From: the human T2T-CHM13v2.0 reference genome, Homo sapiens
Assembly (NCBI RefSeq): GCF_009914755.1
Contig: NC_060948.1
DNA: 64,000 nt
Strand: one strand, 5' to 3'
Positions within the stretch are counted from its first letter, which is position 1, and each line of letters begins with the position of its first letter. Shown here in pieces: positions 60,494 to 64,000 of the stretch. The translations under genes and the position numbers were made by a program. The notes beneath the pieces are model-generated. The model worked only from the letters and a program-made list of their open reading frames with translations, made no database searches and was not told where the DNA came from.

Positions 60494-62619
60494 AGATCCA
60501 TATTTTTTAAATGAAAAAAAATTTCAAAGGTACTCTGCTTGGTACAATAATCAAATGTATAAACTGAGGAATAAAACATAACCATGAAACCTACTTATAA
60601 CTGCATATGGAAAATACAGAGGATAATTTTTTAAATAACATATTTTGAAAGCCTTAACTAGTAATTTGAAGAGTTGGCATTTGTAAGGCCAGTATGAATA
60701 TACCTTCAAAGCAGCAACACAGGTTCCCCACGAGAAAAAGCAAACTCAGGGAAAATAAAACCACAAAGGTTCAATCTCTTCTGACCTTTGAAAGACACAG
60801 CACAGACAGTGGTCCTTAGGACGAAGAGCAGGAGACCCCTAATTCCGTCACCATGGCGATAGGGCATAAACATTGCTGGGTGAGGGCACAATCCACATTG
60901 TGAGGTCCAACTGCTGCCAGGAAGACAGGAGTGCTTTTACATAGACCGAAAGGTCATTGAAGGCTCAGAGTTTTGTTTCAAGAACTGAATCCCAAGCCCA
61001 CACGTTATTAGGCTGCGCTTCTTAAAACAAGTTATGAGATGGGAAAAAGGGCACCCACAAACATACGTATACATTATGTATATAATAATATACAGTATCA
61101 TATATAAAATATGTATAACCTATGTATAATATTGTTTTACATCCTGCATCTTATATTATATATATTGTATAAAATATAATAATTGATAATATATAAGTTT
61201 TATATTTATACAATATGACATATAGTATATATTATAATTTCTGACATATATAATATATGTTATATATCATATATAGAATATATTATACGGTTAATATACG
61301 TATTAAATATAAATTATACATTATATATATTATATAAAATATATCTGTTATATATAATACCCATTATGCATAATATATATATTATGTCTATGTTATATAT
61401 AGGATAAAACAACATATAGTAATATATAATTGTATATATAAAATGCGACATATAATATATATTATATTTTATGACATATGTAATATATATTATATATTAT
61501 ATATAATACGTTGTATGTATAATACCTATATTAAATATATATTATATGACTATGTTATTAATTACATGTCACATATATTATATATTATATATTTTACATA
61601 GAATATACCGGTTACATACAATATATACTATGTTACCTATAATGTATAATTGATTACATGTAAAATAAAGAATGCAATATATTATGTATAATTTATAATA
61701 TACAATATGTGGAATGTGATATATATAACATAATATATGATATATGATATACAGTATATGATATATAACATACAATATATGATACCTAATATATATGGTA
61801 TACAATATATATTTTATGATATGTATTCTATGTGTTTTATATTCTGTTATATATAACTATTTGAAATTATATATAACTGTATAATATTTTATGTAAATAT
61901 GTAATATAATATATATAACTATATAATATATTATATATAACTATATATTATGTTATATATACTTTTATAACATAATTTACATAAAATGTCATAATATAAT
62001 ATATATTATATTATTTCACATTACATAATATATATTACATATCACCCAATATAAGTAACATACATAATATTATAATATAGATTATATTATGTTATATTAA
62101 ATATCATATATATCATGTATCATATATTCTATAATATATATTACACATTATATAATATGTATGTTGTCTATTTTGTGATATATAAAACTATATATATAAT
62201 TATATTATTATACATATAACTAGATAAACATGTAATTATACATATTTTCATTTGTAATATATAGAATTATATAATCATATATAATTATTTATATTCTATA
62301 AAAAATTATATCATTATATAAATTATAATATAAAAAAATTATAATATGTACTACAAATATATATATTATATATCATATATGATATAGTACCTTTGTTATA
62401 TATCATAATACATATAAATGTGTATTATGTTATCTATAATTATATAATTTCATATATAAGATGTATAATATGTATTATATATTGTCTATGTTATGTAATA
62501 TATATAGTATATGTAAGCTGACACAGGATAAATATTATATACTATGACATATAAAATATATGAGGTTATATGTTACATATAAGGCATAGCACATAACATG
62601 TAATATATATTATATATAA

Positions 62620-62911
<292 letters not shown>

Positions 62912-64000
62912 AGATCCATATTTTTTAAATGAAAAAAAATTTCACAGGTACTCTGCTTGGTACAATAATCAAATGTATAAACTGAGGAATAAAACATAAC
63001 CATGAAACCTACTTATAACTGCATATGGAAAATACAGAGGATAATTTTTTAAATAACATATTTTGAAAGCCTTAACTAGTAATTTGAAGAGTTGGCATTT
63101 GAAAGGCCAGTATGAATATACCTTCAAAGCAGCAACACAGGTTCCCCATGAGAAAAAGCAAACTCAGGGAAAATAAAACCACAAAGGTTCAATCTCTTCT
63201 GACCTTTGAAAGACACAGCACAGACAGTGGTCCTTAGGACGAAGAGCAGGAGACCCCTAATTCCGTCACCATGGCGATAGGGCATAAACATTGCTGGGTG
63301 AGGGCACAATCCACATTGAGAGGTCCAACTGCTGCCAGGAAGACAGGAGTGCTTTTACATAGACCGAAAGGTCATTGAAGGCTCAGAGTTTTGTTTCAAG
63401 AACTGAATCCCAAGCCCACACGTTATTAGGCTGCGCTTCTTAAAACAAGTTATGAGATGGGAAAAAGGGCACCCACAAACATACGTATACATTATGTATA
63501 TAATAATATACAGTATCATATATATAATATATATAACCTATGTATTATATTGTTTTACATCCTGCATCTTATATTATATATATTGTCTAAAATATAATAA
63601 TTCATAATACATAACGTTTATATTTATACAATATGACATATAGTATATATTATAATTTATGACATATATAATATATGTTATATATCATATATAGAATATA
63701 TTATACGGTTAATATACGTATTAAATATGAATTATACATTATATATATTATATATAATATATCTGTTATATATAATACCCATTATGCATAATATATATAT
63801 TATGTCTATGTTACATATAGTATAAAACAACATATAATAATATATAATTGTATATATAAAATGCGACATATAATATATATTTTATTTTAAGACATATGTA
63901 ATATATATTATATATTATATATAATATGTTGTATGTATAATACCTATATTAAATATATATTATATGACTATGTTATTAATTACATGTCACATATGATATA

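Overview
The whole 64 kb window is one head-to-tail tandem array of a ~2,420-bp unit (26 complete units plus ~1.1 kb; unit starts in the phase of base 1: 1, 2421, 4841, 7261, 9681, 12098, 14514, 16934, 19354, 21765, 24178, 26591, 29011, 31431, 33851, 36271, 38691, 41104, 43524, 45941, 48361, 50781, 53199, 55618, 58038, 60451, 62869). Each unit has three parts: a ~570-bp mixed-sequence (HSATI-type) segment, a ~1.55-kb extremely AT-rich degenerate microsatellite block, and a ~290-bp decayed minus-strand Alu. Unit length, tripartite structure and a predicted 2,146-bp HaeIII fragment match the known human DYZ2/HSat1B satellite (mainly Yq12 heterochromatin, also acrocentric short arms). There are no credible genes, RNA genes or CRISPR arrays; all ORFs are repeat artefacts. 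I find no new gene system. The non-obvious content is the array's internal history: a sharp subfamily switch at ~52.4-52.5 kb, a dimeric (~4.83 kb) higher-order repeat to its right, an older dimer trace at 35-42.5 kb, recent single-unit duplications, patchwork shared-variant tracts and a palindromic indel/SNV hotspot.
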